Shown here: one piece after another, positions 35,468-48,171 of the stretch
How positions within the stretch are numbered: position 1 is the first letter of the stretch
Layout of the letters: every line of letters begins with the position of its first letter
DNA from: Octopus bimaculoides
Taxonomy: Eukaryota
Length of the DNA: 53,802 nt
Assembly (NCBI RefSeq): GCF_001194135.2
Contig: NC_068998.1
Span: forward strand, 12,692,492-12,746,293
Reading direction: 5' to 3'
Notes under the pieces: generated by a model
Seen by the model: only the letters and a program-made list of their open reading frames with translations
What the model was told of the DNA's origin: nothing
The model's database searches: none
Program-made: the position numbers and the translations under genes

Positions 35468-35682
35468 GGGGACAAGCTGGCAGAAACGTTAGCACGCTGG
35501 GCGAAATGCTTAGCGGTATTTCGTCTATCTTTATGTTCTGAGTTCAAATTCTGCCAAGGTCGACTTTGCCTTTCATCCTTTTGGAGTCAATAAATTAAGT
35601 ACCAGTTGCGTACTGGGGATCGATCTAGCCGACTGGCCCCCCTCCTCCCAAATTTCAGGCCTTGTGCCTTCAGTAGAAAAGA
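35468..35682 (+). mobile_element. SINE family B with 12-bp TSD
   Basis: TSD ttaagtaaatta at 35455-35466 and 35689-35700. Confidence 0.92.
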
Positions 35683-35714
35683 ATATTCTTAAGTAAATTA
35701 TTCTGAATTTTTCA

Positions 35715-35880
35715 AACCGAGCCAACTGCAAAAGACCTAAAGACAGACTAAGTGTGAGATGACTGAATGATATCCATAGTCTCAGTTGGTCGTATTAAGG
35801 AATCCAACAAGAAAGTTTCATGATGGTTGCTTCTAATATGACCTTATGAAGAAAGCGTCTAAAGACTTTATCCCCACTAG
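35715..35880 (+). mobile_element. RTE LINE extreme 3' coding relic
   Basis: KRPKDRLSVR*LNDIHSLSWS..GIQQESFMMVASNMTL*RK resembles the KRPRGRP..RW.D.I....W ending of RTE ORF2. Confidence 0.55.
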
Positions 35881-36094
35881 GAATAGTAGGTGGCAAAAAT
35901 GGACAGATGAAATACCACTGTAGTATTATATGTACTATAGAAACACAGAGTGGTGAAATAGTAAGCTATGGTAGTGAATAGGGCAATATATCTTACATTA
36001 CTTAATAATATAGTTCCTGTGTTTGTAAGAACGAGATAAAAGAGGAAATTTATGAACATATTTCTTCCTTTTCTGTTCTTGCTACTCAATGCAG

Positions 36095-36290
36095 TGGAGA
36101 TTTTGTTGATCATTACAATTTGGAAGACTTCCACATCCTAATAGATAATGAAGACCAATTAACGAAATTGATGTTATTGGCAGAGGCACACAACATGAAA
36201 TTGAGGATCTACCAAAACTAATGGGGAAAAGAGATTTCTGGTGTGATGTGGTTGAAGCGCATCTCAGTTGTAGGTGCTTGATGAAGAATA
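36095..36290 (+). mobile_element. Possible RTE-type 3' coding relic
   Basis: RPINEIDVIGRGTQHEIEDLPKLMGKRDFWCDVV resembles RTE C-termini (RP..TYID....DT...EDLP.LM.DR..W). Confidence 0.4.
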
Positions 36291-36502
36291 TCATTGTTCT
36301 GAATGACTAACTTTATATTTCACTGGATTCAATCTTTGCCATTCATCTCTCCATATGTGTGTGTGTGTATGTATAGATATATCGAGAGGGTGTCCATCTG
36401 TTTGTGTGTGTATTTGCATGAAGATATATATCTGCCAACATCACCTCGTTCTCTCCCTCCTCTCTCGCTCTCTCTCTGTCTACACACATGCTGTTAACTG
36501 TA

Positions 36503-36638
36503 GAAGACACATGCCAAGTTACCACACAGTGGGACTGAACTGAGGACCATGTGCTTTGGAACCAAGTTTCTTACCACACATCCACACCTGCACCTATATA
36601 TATTTATGTGTGTGTATAAATGTATGTATATGTATGTA

Positions 36639-36682
<44 letters not shown>

Positions 36683-37160
36683 TAAATATATGTATATATG
36701 TGTACATATTACATATATATAAGCATACACATATTTATACATATATAGGCGCAGGAGTGGCTGTGTGATAAGTAGCTGGTTTACCAACCACATGGTTATG
36801 GGTTCAGTCCCATTGCGTGGCACCTTGGGCAAATGTCTTCTACTATAGCCTCGGGCCAACCAAAGCCTTGTGAGTGAATTTGGTAGACGGAAACTGAAAG
36901 AAGCCCGTTGTATATATGTATATATATGTGTGTGTGTGTGTATGTTTGTGTGTCTGTGTTTGTCCCCCCCACCATCGCTTGACAACCGATGCTGGTGTGT
37001 TTACGTCCCCGTATCCTAGCAGTTCAGCAAAAGAGACCGATAGAATAAGTACTAGTCTTACAAAGAATAAGTCCTGGGGTCGATTTGCTCGACTATAAAG
37101 GTGGCGCTCCAGCATGGCTGCAGTCAAATGACTGAAACAAGTAAAAGAAAAAAAAAAGAA
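36503..37160. mobile_element. Two SINE family A copies, head-to-head across an (AT)-rich microsatellite (36503-36592 minus, 36748-37160 plus)
   Basis: A reverse-complement head fragment and a full-length plus-strand copy are separated by about 155 bp of TA/TG repeats. Confidence 0.88.
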
Positions 37161-37902
37161 TAAAATAATATATGTATAAATATACACATCCTTGAAAGTA
37201 GTACATCAGAATGACCACTGTCCAGTGATTCAATATTTTATGTGTTTATCTTAATCTTATGTTCTTTCTTTTAAATAAACTAGTTTAGAACAAATAGTTG
37301 CTTTGATTTTTTTTCCTCCAATGCTATATTTTTATACTTGTTTACACATTTATATGTAGCTTTTGCTATTTTATGTAATCCGAAGACCCCCTCAACCGGA
37401 CAAGAGCCATTCCTAAAACTAATTGACAAAGAGCCTTTGTTTACATTTAGATATTCTGTGAATGGGTGTGTATGTTTGATTATATATGTGTGCATGCGTG
37501 TCTGTACATTTGTGTTTTTGTGTGTATGTATGAATGTGTGGGTATGTATGTATATGGTAGGTATTTATATATGTGTGTGTACTTTAATGCTTGTATGTGA
37601 TTATAAGACAATCCTTAATACATCAGGGATTCCCAGCTCTTCGTTTTCCTTCAAATTAAATTTCATAACCACTTCTTGTGTATTGCCTACCTCAATGAGA
37701 ATCTGACAACCCAGTCAGTTTTAATGAGACTGAGATAGAAACATTGCTTGGCTGTGTGGTAAAGAAGTTTGCTTTGCTTCCATGTTGCTTCAGATTCTGT
37801 CACACTGCATGGTGCCTTGGACAAAGTATCTTTTACCCTAGCCTCACAGTGACCAATGCCTTGTGAATGAATTTGGTTGCTGGAAATTGTGTGGAACCTT
37901 GT

Positions 37903-37937
<35 letters not shown>

Positions 37938-39045
37938 GTGTATGTACGTATGTATATGTGTATGTTTCAACGTGTTTGCATATGCCACCACCACTGGTTG
38001 ACAATCAGAGTTGGTTACAGTCCCTGAAACTTAGCAGTTTCCTCCAGTAAATTTATTTGGTTATCAATTAGGTTTTTTTGGGGCTGTTGGCTTGTGTTTC
38101 ATCCTGTGTACTATACATGCACTTTTGACTATCATTGCTGCCCTTTTTTTAATTGATTTTTGCTGCTTTTTGTCCCCTCATTTACCCTTTTTCCAACTAG
38201 TTGTAGTGCACCTGAGTACTGTATACAATAAACTCATATTGTAATGGTAAACACCATTTTCACAAAAAGTATTTCAAGTTATGTTATTTAGTCCCAAGTC
38301 AGCAACGATCAAACCGACCTATGATGAAAGGTATTCCAACCATGGCTAGATCTAAGATTATATTACCTGACGTGTCCTATATTTTTAAAACACTAGGATG
38401 TGATCTGAGGGAGATTTGGCTGCGATTTCTAGCAGATTGAACGACCACATTGAGGTGCCTTCGTTGAAGGAAGGGAGAAAAGAGTGGAAGTGGTAGTAGG
38501 AGGAGACTACTAGTATAAAGAGTAGTCAATGTCCTCTGCTGGTGACGGAAAAAGAAAACAACAAAATACAGAGCAAGGACATATAAAAAGAAAACAATGC
38601 AGAAGTACCACCAGCAATAACAACCATGACCCAGTAAAAGAGCTCTATGGGATGGTCCCATCTGGAATGCCTTTGATCATTGTTCTGCTCGTTCAGAGTT
38701 GATCTAGGCTTCATCAACAATACCAATCACAAACCAGTTGGGGAGCCCCTATGCAGTCATTTGATCTGCTAGAAACAACAGCGAAATTCCTTCAAATCAC
38801 ACGTTAGCTAATGTGAACCCTAGGTTCTTTATATACGAAAAAGGCAGGATGGTCATGACAGTAATAATTTTGATTAAAGGTTTGCTCAATCAATGTTGAC
38901 CAGGGGCTAAACAACACCAAGAACTGTAAGCTAGAAGGGAAGGTTCTATACGTGGTTACTCAATCTGCTAAAAACAGAAGCTAAATCTCCCACAAATTGA
39001 TGGCTTTGGAAAAGAAAGGACTCATTGGATAATGTAGACTTGGAC

Positions 39046-39372
39046 ATATATATATATAAAAATGAGAATGTGTGTCTGTCTGTCTGTCTGTGTGTGTGTG
39101 TGTTTCCCTAAAACTCGAGAACTACGCAACCAATTTCATTCAAATTTTACACATGTCTTACTTAGGGTTCCGGTTGTGTTTTAGTCAAAAAATTTTTTTA
39201 ACTTCTTGCAGAGTTCGAGCCCACGGCAACATAATATCTCCTCCACTATTTAAGTATTACGTGTCAAAAGTGAAACAAAAACACTCATGTCAAATACTTT
39301 CACTTTAAAAATGAAATTATTCCACTAACTGAAACAATCACATTTCGATACTTTCACTTTAATGGTGTGTAT
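39046..39372 (+). mobile_element. Helitron/DINE-like non-autonomous element, 5' part
   Basis: tatatatataaaa start, (GTCT)n/(GT)n microsatellite, then ccaatttcattcaaattttacaca. This layout is typical of DINE/HINE-type elements. Cut by a gap. Confidence 0.65.
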
Positions 39373-39702
39373 NNNNNNNNNNTCTATATGCATACATGTA
39401 TATGTATACATGTGTGTAGATGTATATATATAGGTGTACATCTAATATGTACACATATATAAATGCATACAGATATCTATACATATATACACCCATACAC
39501 ACACACATATATATGCACACAAACACACACATTAGTCATCTGTTTTCTTATCCAAAACTACGTCAAAAGTATTGAATGGATCTTTAAGAAATTTGGAAAT
39601 TATATTCTATGCATAATGGCCATAACCCCCATGAAAATTCATATATTTTTGATGTTGATGAAATTTTAACCATACAGATTACACACAAATAAAGTAATTT
39701 GT

Positions 39703-40310
39703 GTGTAAGAGCGAGAGAAAGTTGTGGTGAAAGAGTACAGCAGGGTTCGCCACCATCCCTTGCCGGAGCCTTGTGGAGCTTTAGGTGTCTTCGCTCAATA
39801 AACACTCACAACATCCGGTCTGGGAATGGAAACCGCGATCCTATGACTGCGAGTCCGCTGCCCTAACCACTGGGCCATTGCGCCTCCACTAGTAGATAGC
39901 AACACTGGGCAAAATACCTAGCAGTATTTTGTCCGTCTTTACATTCTGAGTTCAAATTCCAACTTTGCCTTTCATCTTTTTGGGGTCAATAAAATAAGTA
40001 CCAATTGAACACTGGGGTTGAAGTAATTGACTTAACCCCTCCCCCAAACTTGCTGGTCTTGTGCCAAAATTTGAAGCCATTATTATTGTCATTACTACTC
40101 TTAAGGCAGCAATCTGGCAGAACCATTAGCACACCAGACGAAATGCCCAGCAGCATTTCGTCTGGGCATTCTAAGTTCAAATTCCACCAGAGTTGCCTTT
40201 GCCTTTCATCCTTTTGGGGTTGATAAAATAAGTACCAGTTGAACATTGAGATCAACGTAATTGACTTAGAGTCCACCCCACCCAAACCTGCTCCCCTGTA
40301 TCAAAATTTG
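39703..40310. mobile_element. SINE cluster: family C head (39703-39889, minus) and two family B copies (about 39900-40075 and 40108-40310, plus)
   Basis: Sequence similarity to the copies at 20437 and 9466. Confidence 0.8.
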
Positions 40311-41169
40311 GAACCCATCATTATTATTATTCATTAATTAATTTTATCACAGTGAATAGATTTCTATGTAAATTATTGTCTAATTGAAATACTAAGTACT
40401 TGTTTTTGTCTCTGCACACAACAGCAGAAGTTAAAAAAATGTAAAAATGTCTCTAAAAATGACCATAGTGTGACAGAAGCCCAGAAATAATGGGGCCAGA
40501 AAAGGCAAATAATAATTATAAATAAATAAGAGTAAAGTGGAAGACAGTCAAACAAATGATACTAAGTGAAAAAAAAAAAAAGAGTAGACTATTGAACTGT
40601 TTTGGTAGACAGTACCAACTTTCTTCCAAAAGTTCCAGCAAAACTGTTTCTGTTGAAACAGTTTGCCTGCAGCACTGTTTTAAAGCTTAAAGAACTGAAA
40701 GAGCAACCAGAGTCTCTTCATTGCCTCAATGAAAAGGTCAAGCTTGATCCACTTCCTTTCAAGCACAGGAAGTACTTTAGCATCGTAAAATCTGGGCCAT
40801 CATGTTTTGAATATGATTAGGAAGGAAACTTAGATAAAGAAGAAAACAAAACGTATTTCATTTATTTCATTTTTTTATGTGTTTTGTCCTTTTTCTTTTT
40901 TTTTTTGCATATTTTCTCAATGTAAGTTTGTCGAGCTCAAAGTTGGATGTGCCATAATGGTACTATCAAAGTGAATGTCTTGGTTGTGATTGTAGCGAAA
41001 GAAAGACATGGAATACCACAGACAGAATCATAGAAAATGACGTCAGCATTGTCTTATGGAGAGTATTCATTCATACACATATTTCTGCACTTACTACTCT
41101 GAGTTCTTCCATCATTTCAAAACCTTGCTTATAATCTCTGTGTGTGTAATGTGTACATATATATGTCCT

Positions 41170-41208
<39 letters not shown>

Positions 41209-41274
41209 ATATATGTATTTTTATATATATATGTATGTATGTATCTTATGTGTGCATACACACACACACACATA

Positions 41275-41289
41275 TAGATATCTAGATGG

Positions 41290-41320
<31 letters not shown>

Positions 41321-41355
41321 GATAAATAGATAGATAGATAGATAGATATAGATAT
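41275..41355. repeat. (GATA)n microsatellite
   Basis: Direct reading. Confidence 0.95.
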
Positions 41356-41611
41356 ATTTGTGCACACACACATGCATATATCTTTTGATGATGTACTTAT
41401 CTGGCAAGTGATTCAACTTGAGATAATGTGATGAAACTAAAGCAATTACATGGTGGGAAACACATATTAGTGGTTCAAAAACACACAGAAACTGGTCACT
41501 TCACTTTATCATTTATCATTTGTTGCCAAAGTTTTGCAGTGCATTAACAGCAACCTCATCACTGACGCAACGTGATGTAAAGTTTGACACCAAATAATAA
41601 ACGTTTAACAA

Positions 41612-42577
41612 GCGGGCAGAAACGTTAGCATGCCGGGCGAAATGCTTAGCAGTATTTCGTCTGTCTTTATGTTCTGAGTTCAAATTCCGCCGAGGTCGAC
41701 TTTGCCTTTCATCCTTTCGAGGTCGATAAATTAAGTACCAGTTGCATACTGAAGTTGATCTAATCGACTGGCCCCTTCCCCCAAAATTTCAGGCCTTGTG
41801 CCTAGAGTAGAAAATAATAACTGTTTAAGTGAGGTTAAGAGTTTTTGTGTTCTTCTGAATAGCTAATATGTCTCCCACGGGGTGGTGAGCTGGCAGAATT
41901 GTTAGCACGCTGGGCAAAATGCTTGGTGGGATTACATCCACCTTTAAATTCTGAGTTCAAATGTTGCCTTGGTCAACTTTGCCTTTCATCCTTTCAAGGT
42001 TGATAAAATGAGTACCAGTTGAGTAGTGGGGGTCAATGTGGTAGGCTTACTCCCTTTCGAGATCATTAAAATAAGTACCAGCTGAGTACTGGGGTCAAAG
42101 TACTTGACTCACTCCCTCCCTCACTCGAAATTGCTGGCCTCATACCAAAATTTGAAACCAATATATGTCTTTTACATTGTAATTGTGTGTGTGTGTGGAG
42201 TCGCAATGGCCCAGTGATTAGGGCAGCGGACTTGCGGTCATAGGATCACGGTTTCGATTCCCAGACCGGGCGTTGTGAGTGTTTATTGAGTGAAAACACC
42301 TAAAGCTCCACGAGGCTCTAGCAGGGGATGGTGTCAAGCCTTGCTGTACTCTTCCACCACAACTTTCTCGCACTCTTACTTCCTGTTTCTGTTGTGCCTG
42401 TAATTCAAAGGGTCAGCCTTGTCACACTGTGTCACGCTGAATATCCCCGAGAACTACGTTAAGGGTACACGTGTCTGTGGAGTGCTCAGCCACTTGCACG
42501 TTAATTTCACGAGTAGGCTGTTCCATTGATCGGATCAACTGGAACCCTTGACGTCGTAAGCGACGGAGTGCCAACAA
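41612..42577 (+). mobile_element. SINE cluster: family B (41612-41815, 41880-42160) and family C (42197-42577)
   Basis: The first B copy has the TSD aaataata..gtttaa. The C copy is flanked by (TG)n on both sides. Confidence 0.9.
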
Positions 42578-43024
42578 TGTGTGTGTGTGTGTGTGTGTGT
42601 ATGTGAGATTGCTAGATGATATTGGTAACCTGCATTCCAGTACAACCTGTCGCACGGTCAGGCAGTCTGTGGCTAAACCTGCAACCCTATCAACACTGCT
42701 TGGTAAGAAGTGTGATTTTCATTAGCCACTCCGCAGGATGGAAAACAAACACTCACAACAGATGGATGAATTCAGTAGAGTCAATAGCCATCCATCAGCT
42801 GGGAATGAAAGGTCACTAGTCATTGTTTAGGCATCTCTATACGAAAAGGAAAACACAGATGTAACACCAATGACTTCATTTGTATCCAATGATGTACATT
42901 ACTTCATTTGCTGGGAACAAAACTGTACATTGTTTAGGAAGTGTAATTGGTGCTGTCCAAAGACTTTCCTTACTTTAATCCTTTAGCATTCAAACTTCTT
43001 TGTCAAATGTAATACTTATATTCT

Positions 43025-43233
43025 CTTTTACTCTTTTACTTGTTTCAGTCATTTGACTGTGGCCATGCTGGAGCACCACCTTTAGTTGAGCAAATCGACC
43101 CCAAGACTTATTCTTTGTAAGCCTGGTACTTATTCTATCGGTCTCTTTTTTGCCGAACCGCTAAGTTACAGGCACGTAAACAAACCAGCATCAGTTGTCA
43201 AGCGATGTTGGGGGGACAAACACAGACACACAA

Positions 43234-43272
<39 letters not shown>

Positions 43273-43347
43273 ACAGGCTTCTTTCAGTTTCCGTCTACCA
43301 AATCCACTCACAAGGCTTTGGTCGGCCTGAGGCTATAGTAGAAGACA
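43025..43347 (-). mobile_element. SINE family A, 5'-truncated
   Basis: Reverse complement of the family A tail and body. Confidence 0.9.
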
Positions 43348-43850
43348 TGTGAGAGTAATAGTAGGCATAGAGACAGTAAGGGTGGTGGCCAAGACAAAGA
43401 CAGAAAGAGAGAGAGAGAGACGGAGAGAAAGAGAGAGAGATGGAGAGAAAGAGAGACAAAGAAATTTAGGGAGAACTGATGATGTTTTATCAAAAGTAGT
43501 AGTGTTGATGGTGGTAGTGGGAGTAATAATAAAAGAGAGGGAAAGAGTGGGTATGAGAGAGAAAGAGGGAGATGATGTGCAACTTTGTTAAGCCATGTCT
43601 CTTTGACAAAAACTGCTGTTGCCAACGTACTGAATTCTATCATTTTAGTGATGACCGCACCCTGTCCTTTTTTGCATTATATTCTCCATCCTAAAAGAGG
43701 TCATCATTCTTGAACACATATTCCATGCCAGTAGCTATATAATGGTAAAAAAAACTGAATGAATAAATAAGTAGTAAAACACATTCCAAATGGAAAAGAA
43801 ATCCCTCCCCTTCCCTCTCTACCTATCTATCTGTCTGTCTCTCTGTCTGC

Positions 43851-43883
<33 letters not shown>

Positions 43884-44240
43884 AATCATCTACCTTCATT
43901 GACGACGGTGAACAGGTGTGGGCACCGTTTGTGAGGCACGCCTTCCCGCAGCTCGTCTCACTCACCGAACTGCAATCATGGATCAGGAAGAGACCGAAAC
44001 TGGGCGATTGGCACCGCGAGTGTCGCCAAGCTCTACAACAACTCTGCCGTCCGGGATCAAACTTGTGCAACTTCCAAACGACCAATGCGTTCTATAGAGG
44101 ACTAGTGGAGGGGAGGTCTGATGACACTCTCGGGGCAAACCTGGGTGTCGACGAGAAATTCCTAACCCGCCTTTTCAAGACGACGTTCGGGCCGGGGCCT
44201 ATGGATAATTTCCAGAGATCCCTGGCTTGGCAATGCTATC
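43884..44240 (+). mobile_element. Tx1/L1-clade LINE ORF2 C-terminal part, 5'-truncated, running into a gap
   Basis: GC/CpG-rich open frame ...FYRGLVEGRSDDTLGANLGVDEKFLTRLFKTTFGPGPMDNFQRSLAWQCY. The SLAWQCY ending matches the W..(L/Y)..ALP motif that precedes the zinc-binding region in L1/Tx1 ORF2. No stops. Confidence 0.7.
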
Positions 44241-45137
44241 NNNNNNNNNNNNNNNNNNNNNNNNNNNNNNNNNNNNNNNNNNNNNNNNNNNNNNNNNNNN
44301 NNNNNNNNNNNNNNNNNNNNNNNNNNNNNNNNNNNNNNNNNNNNNNNNNNNNNNNNNNNNNNNNNNNNNNNNNNNNNNNNNNNNNNNNNNNNNNNNNNNN
44401 NNNNNNNNNNNNNNNNNNNNNNNNNNNNNNNNNNNNNNNNNNNNNNNNNNNNNNNNNNNNNNNNNNNNNNNNNNNNNNNNNNNNNNNNNNNNNNNNNNNN
44501 NNNNNNNNNNNNNNNNNNNNNNNNNNNNNNNNNNNNNNNNNNNNNNNNNNNNNNNNNNNNNNNNNNNNNNNNNNNNNNNNNNNNNNNNNNNNNNNNNNNN
44601 NNNNNNNNNNNNNNNNNNNNNNNNNNNNNNNNNNNNNNNNNNNNNNNNNNNNNNNNNNNNNNNNNNNNNNNNNNNNNNNNNNNNNNNNNNNNNNNNNNNN
44701 NNNNNNNNNNNNNNNNNNNNNNNNNNNNNNNNNNNNNNNNNNNNNNNNNNNNNNNNNNNNNNNNNNNNNNNNNNNNNNNNNNNNNNNNNNNNNNNNNNNN
44801 NNNNNNNNNNNNNNNNNNNNNNNNNNNNNNNNNNNNNNNNNNNNNNNNNNNNNNNNNNNNNNNNNNNNNNNNNNNNNNNNNNNNNNNNNNNNNNNNNNNN
44901 NNNNNNNNNNNNNNNNNNNNNNNNNNNNNNNNNNNNNNNNNNNNNNNNNNNNNNNNNNNNNNNNNNNNNNNNNNNNNNNNNNNNNNNNNNNNNNNNNNNN
45001 NNNNNNNNNNNNNNNNNNNNNNNNNNNNNNNNNNNNNNNNNNNNNNNNNNNNNNNNNNNNNNNNNNNNNNNNNNNNNNNNNNNNNNNNNNNNNNNNNNNN
45101 NNNNNNNNNNNNNNNNNNNNNNNNNNNNNNNNNNNNN

Positions 45138-45562
45138 TATCTCACCGCCATTAAAAAATTGGGTTATCTCCACAAGTTTTACGAGAAATATTGGTACTTT
45201 TCGTTATCTCTCACATCTTAAAACAATGTTTAACCCTCAATAAAACAAAAGTGAAATGATGAAACATGTTATTGAATCTGATAATATTTTTATAACAAAT
45301 CATACAAAACTGAAAAGATTAATAAACATGAAAACTGGAAGAATTAAACATGTTATTGAATCTGATAACATTTTTATAACAAATCGTACCATACCTATTG
45401 AGGAGACCAAACATCACCAATGTGTTGAAGTATTGAATCAAAAGGATCTAACTCATTTAATCCAATCTCTTGTTACCACATTAACTCAATTTTTTAGTGG
45501 GGAGATAACCCAGTTTTTCAATGGCAATTTTTTAATGGGGGTGAGATAACCAAAAAGTACCC
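45138..45562. mobile_element. Non-autonomous TIR element, superfamily unresolved
   Basis: 45138-45160 and 45526-45548 are inverted (23 bp, 1 mismatch) with further subterminal homology. Right terminus ...gagataaccaaaaagtaccc. Internal 40-bp direct repeat at 45262-45301 and 45346-45385. Left end lost in the gap. Confidence 0.75.
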
Positions 45563-45784
45563 TATCTATCTGTCTGTCTGTCTGTCTCCTCCTCTATCTT
45601 TTCTCTTGTCAAATGCAATATTCCTTTCCTCCAGTGTTCGCTACCTTACTTCATCTGGCCTAACAGCCCTCCTCTTTTGTTTTCATTTGGTTTGTTGCTT
45701 GTCTCCACTTTCCTGTTTTTGTTACCAACTTTGACCCTCTGCAAATCCCAAATTTTATTTTGGTTCATGGGATCAACTGCCTTT

Positions 45785-46204
45785 TCAAAGCCTCATATTG
45801 TCGTTAATTGCTTGAAATGAGTAGATAGACAGCTGACAACTGATGAAGGGTCGTTTTTTTATGTTACTTGTCTTGTTTTCCATTTGTTTTTCTCGCTGTT
45901 TGCATACCAAAGCCTGTCTTTGTATTTCATGTTGTTTATGTTTTGTGACGTCCTGTACCCATAGATGCATATATATGTACATATATATGAATGTACATAT
46001 ATGTATGTATATATGCATTCACCATGATAGATCGCTGACCACTACATTTATATTTTTTTCTCCTTGTTTCTTTCTGTGTTCCTTTCAGTTGAAGAGCGTA
46101 GCTCGAAACGTCAAAGACTTTCTCTATTCCCGAGCGTTAAACTAATACATCCATTTGTTGTTTACACCACCTGTTTTCGTTTGTTGTTTTTTTCGTAAAT
46201 TCTC

Positions 46205-46205
<1 letters not shown>
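45785..46205 (+). mobile_element. Penelope-like terminal-repeat fragment with a hammerhead-like motif
   Basis: CAGTTGA-A-GAGC-gta-GCTC-GAAAC-GTCA at 46086-46113 and a further CTGATGA at 45840-45846. No coding part visible. Confidence 0.4.
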
Positions 46206-46245
<40 letters not shown>

Positions 46246-46780
46246 NNNNNNNNNNNNNNNNNNNNNNNNNNNNNNNNNNNNNNNNNNNNNNNNNNNNNNN
46301 NNNNNNNNNNNNNNNNNNNNNNNNNNNNNNNNNNNNNNNNNNNNNNNNNNNNNNNNNNNNNNNNNNNNNNNNNNNNNNNNNNNNNNNNNNNNNNNNNNNN
46401 NNNNNNNNNNNNNNNNNNNNNNNNNNNNNNNNNNNNNNNNNNNNNNNNNNNNNNNNNNNNNNNNNNNNNNNNNNNNNNNNNNNNNNNNNNNNNNNNNNNN
46501 NNNNNNNNNNNNNNNNNNNNNNNNNNNNNNNNNNNNNNNNNNNNNNNNNNNNNNNNNNNNNNNNNNNNNNNNNNNNNNNNNNNNNNNNNNNNNNNNNNNN
46601 NNNNNNNNNNNNNNNNNNNNNNNNNNNNNNNNNNNNNNNNNNNNNNNNNNNNNNNNNNNNNNNNNNNNNNNNNNNNNNNNNNNNNNNNNNNNNNNNNNNN
46701 NNNNNNNNNNNNNNNNNNNNNNNNNNNNNNNNNNNNNNNNNNNNNNNNNNNNNNNNNNNNNNNNNNNNNNNNNNNNNNNN

Positions 46781-47040
46781 TGCCTCGGTGAGGCCCAATG
46801 TACGAAGGTCTTGCCTCACCACCTCAGCCCAGGTCTTCCTGGGCCTACCTCTTCCACGGGTTCCCTCAACTGTTAGGGTGTGGCACTTTTTCACGCAGCT
46901 ATCCTCATCCATTCTCACCACATGTCCATACCAGCGCAATCGTCTCTCTTGCACGCCACAACTGATGCTTCTAATGTTCAGCTTTTCTCTCAAGATACTT
47001 ACACTCTGACGGGTATTCACATTGACATTACACATCCAAC
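46781..47040 (-). mobile_element. RTE (BovB-like) LINE ORF2 C-terminus
   Basis: LREKLNIRSISCGVQERRLRWYGHVVRMDEDSCVKKCHTLTVEGTRGRGRPRKTWAEVVRQDLRTLGLTEA, uninterrupted and running into a gap. Confidence 0.93.
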
Positions 47041-47046
47041 AGAGCA

Positions 47047-47080
<34 letters not shown>

Positions 47081-48171
47081 CTTGAGTCTAACAAGATATA
47101 TTTTATCTGATGGCATATACATATATGTATGTTTATATACATGGGCTTTGTAGAATAAACAGAAGAACAGAACTCAATACATTAGTATACATACATACAC
47201 ACAACACATGTAAATACACATACTTGTAAGGGCATCTGTAAGTGTATATTTATCCTTGTGTGTGTGTGTGTATATACATATCATCATCATCATCATCCAC
47301 TTTTCTATGTTTTGCATGAATCAGACAAAATTTGTCAAAGCAGATTTTCTATGGCTGGAAGTTCTTCCGTCTCCAACCTTCACCAGCTTCAAAGCAAGAT
47401 AATATTTTCCCATAACTCGACATGAGACTGGAAGCAAACAACCTCTCTTGTAAAACAATGATGATCATTTACAACCATCACATGCATACACACATACATG
47501 AATGCACACACAGACACACACACACAGATATACAAGCACACACATGCTTGCACACACCTGCACACATACATACACACACACACCATAAACACACACATAT
47601 ACACCTACACAAACACACACACACACACACATGCTCACACAGACACACATGCCCACATATGATGGACTTTCAGTTTCTGCCCACCAAATTCATTCACAAT
47701 GCCTTGGTTGGCCTGGAATCAGAGTAGAAAATACTTGCCCAAAGTGTTGTGCAGTGGGACTGAACCCAAATCCCTTATCCACAGCTAAATCCCATGTTAT
47801 CACATGACTTCAAATAAGCCAGTTTGAAGAGTACACATATGTCCACACTATCATGATACAATAGAATTACAAAAGCCTATAAGTGCTTTAACGATTTCAA
47901 GTACATTTAGTGCTTGAGTTAAGTATAACAGGCATAGTTTGATAATTGCATCTCATATGCCATCAACGTTTTTTGAAGCCAATTCTAACATATCCTTGTT
48001 GTGTGGTTTAAAACCATCTTAGAGGTAACACTTAAACCAGAATATATATAAATGTATATATATAAATATAAATATGTATGTATGTATGTTGTTTGCTGGC
48101 CACTTTATCATTATTTTTTCAAAGATAATGATAACTTATTTGAATTCTGAATATATACATACATACATACA

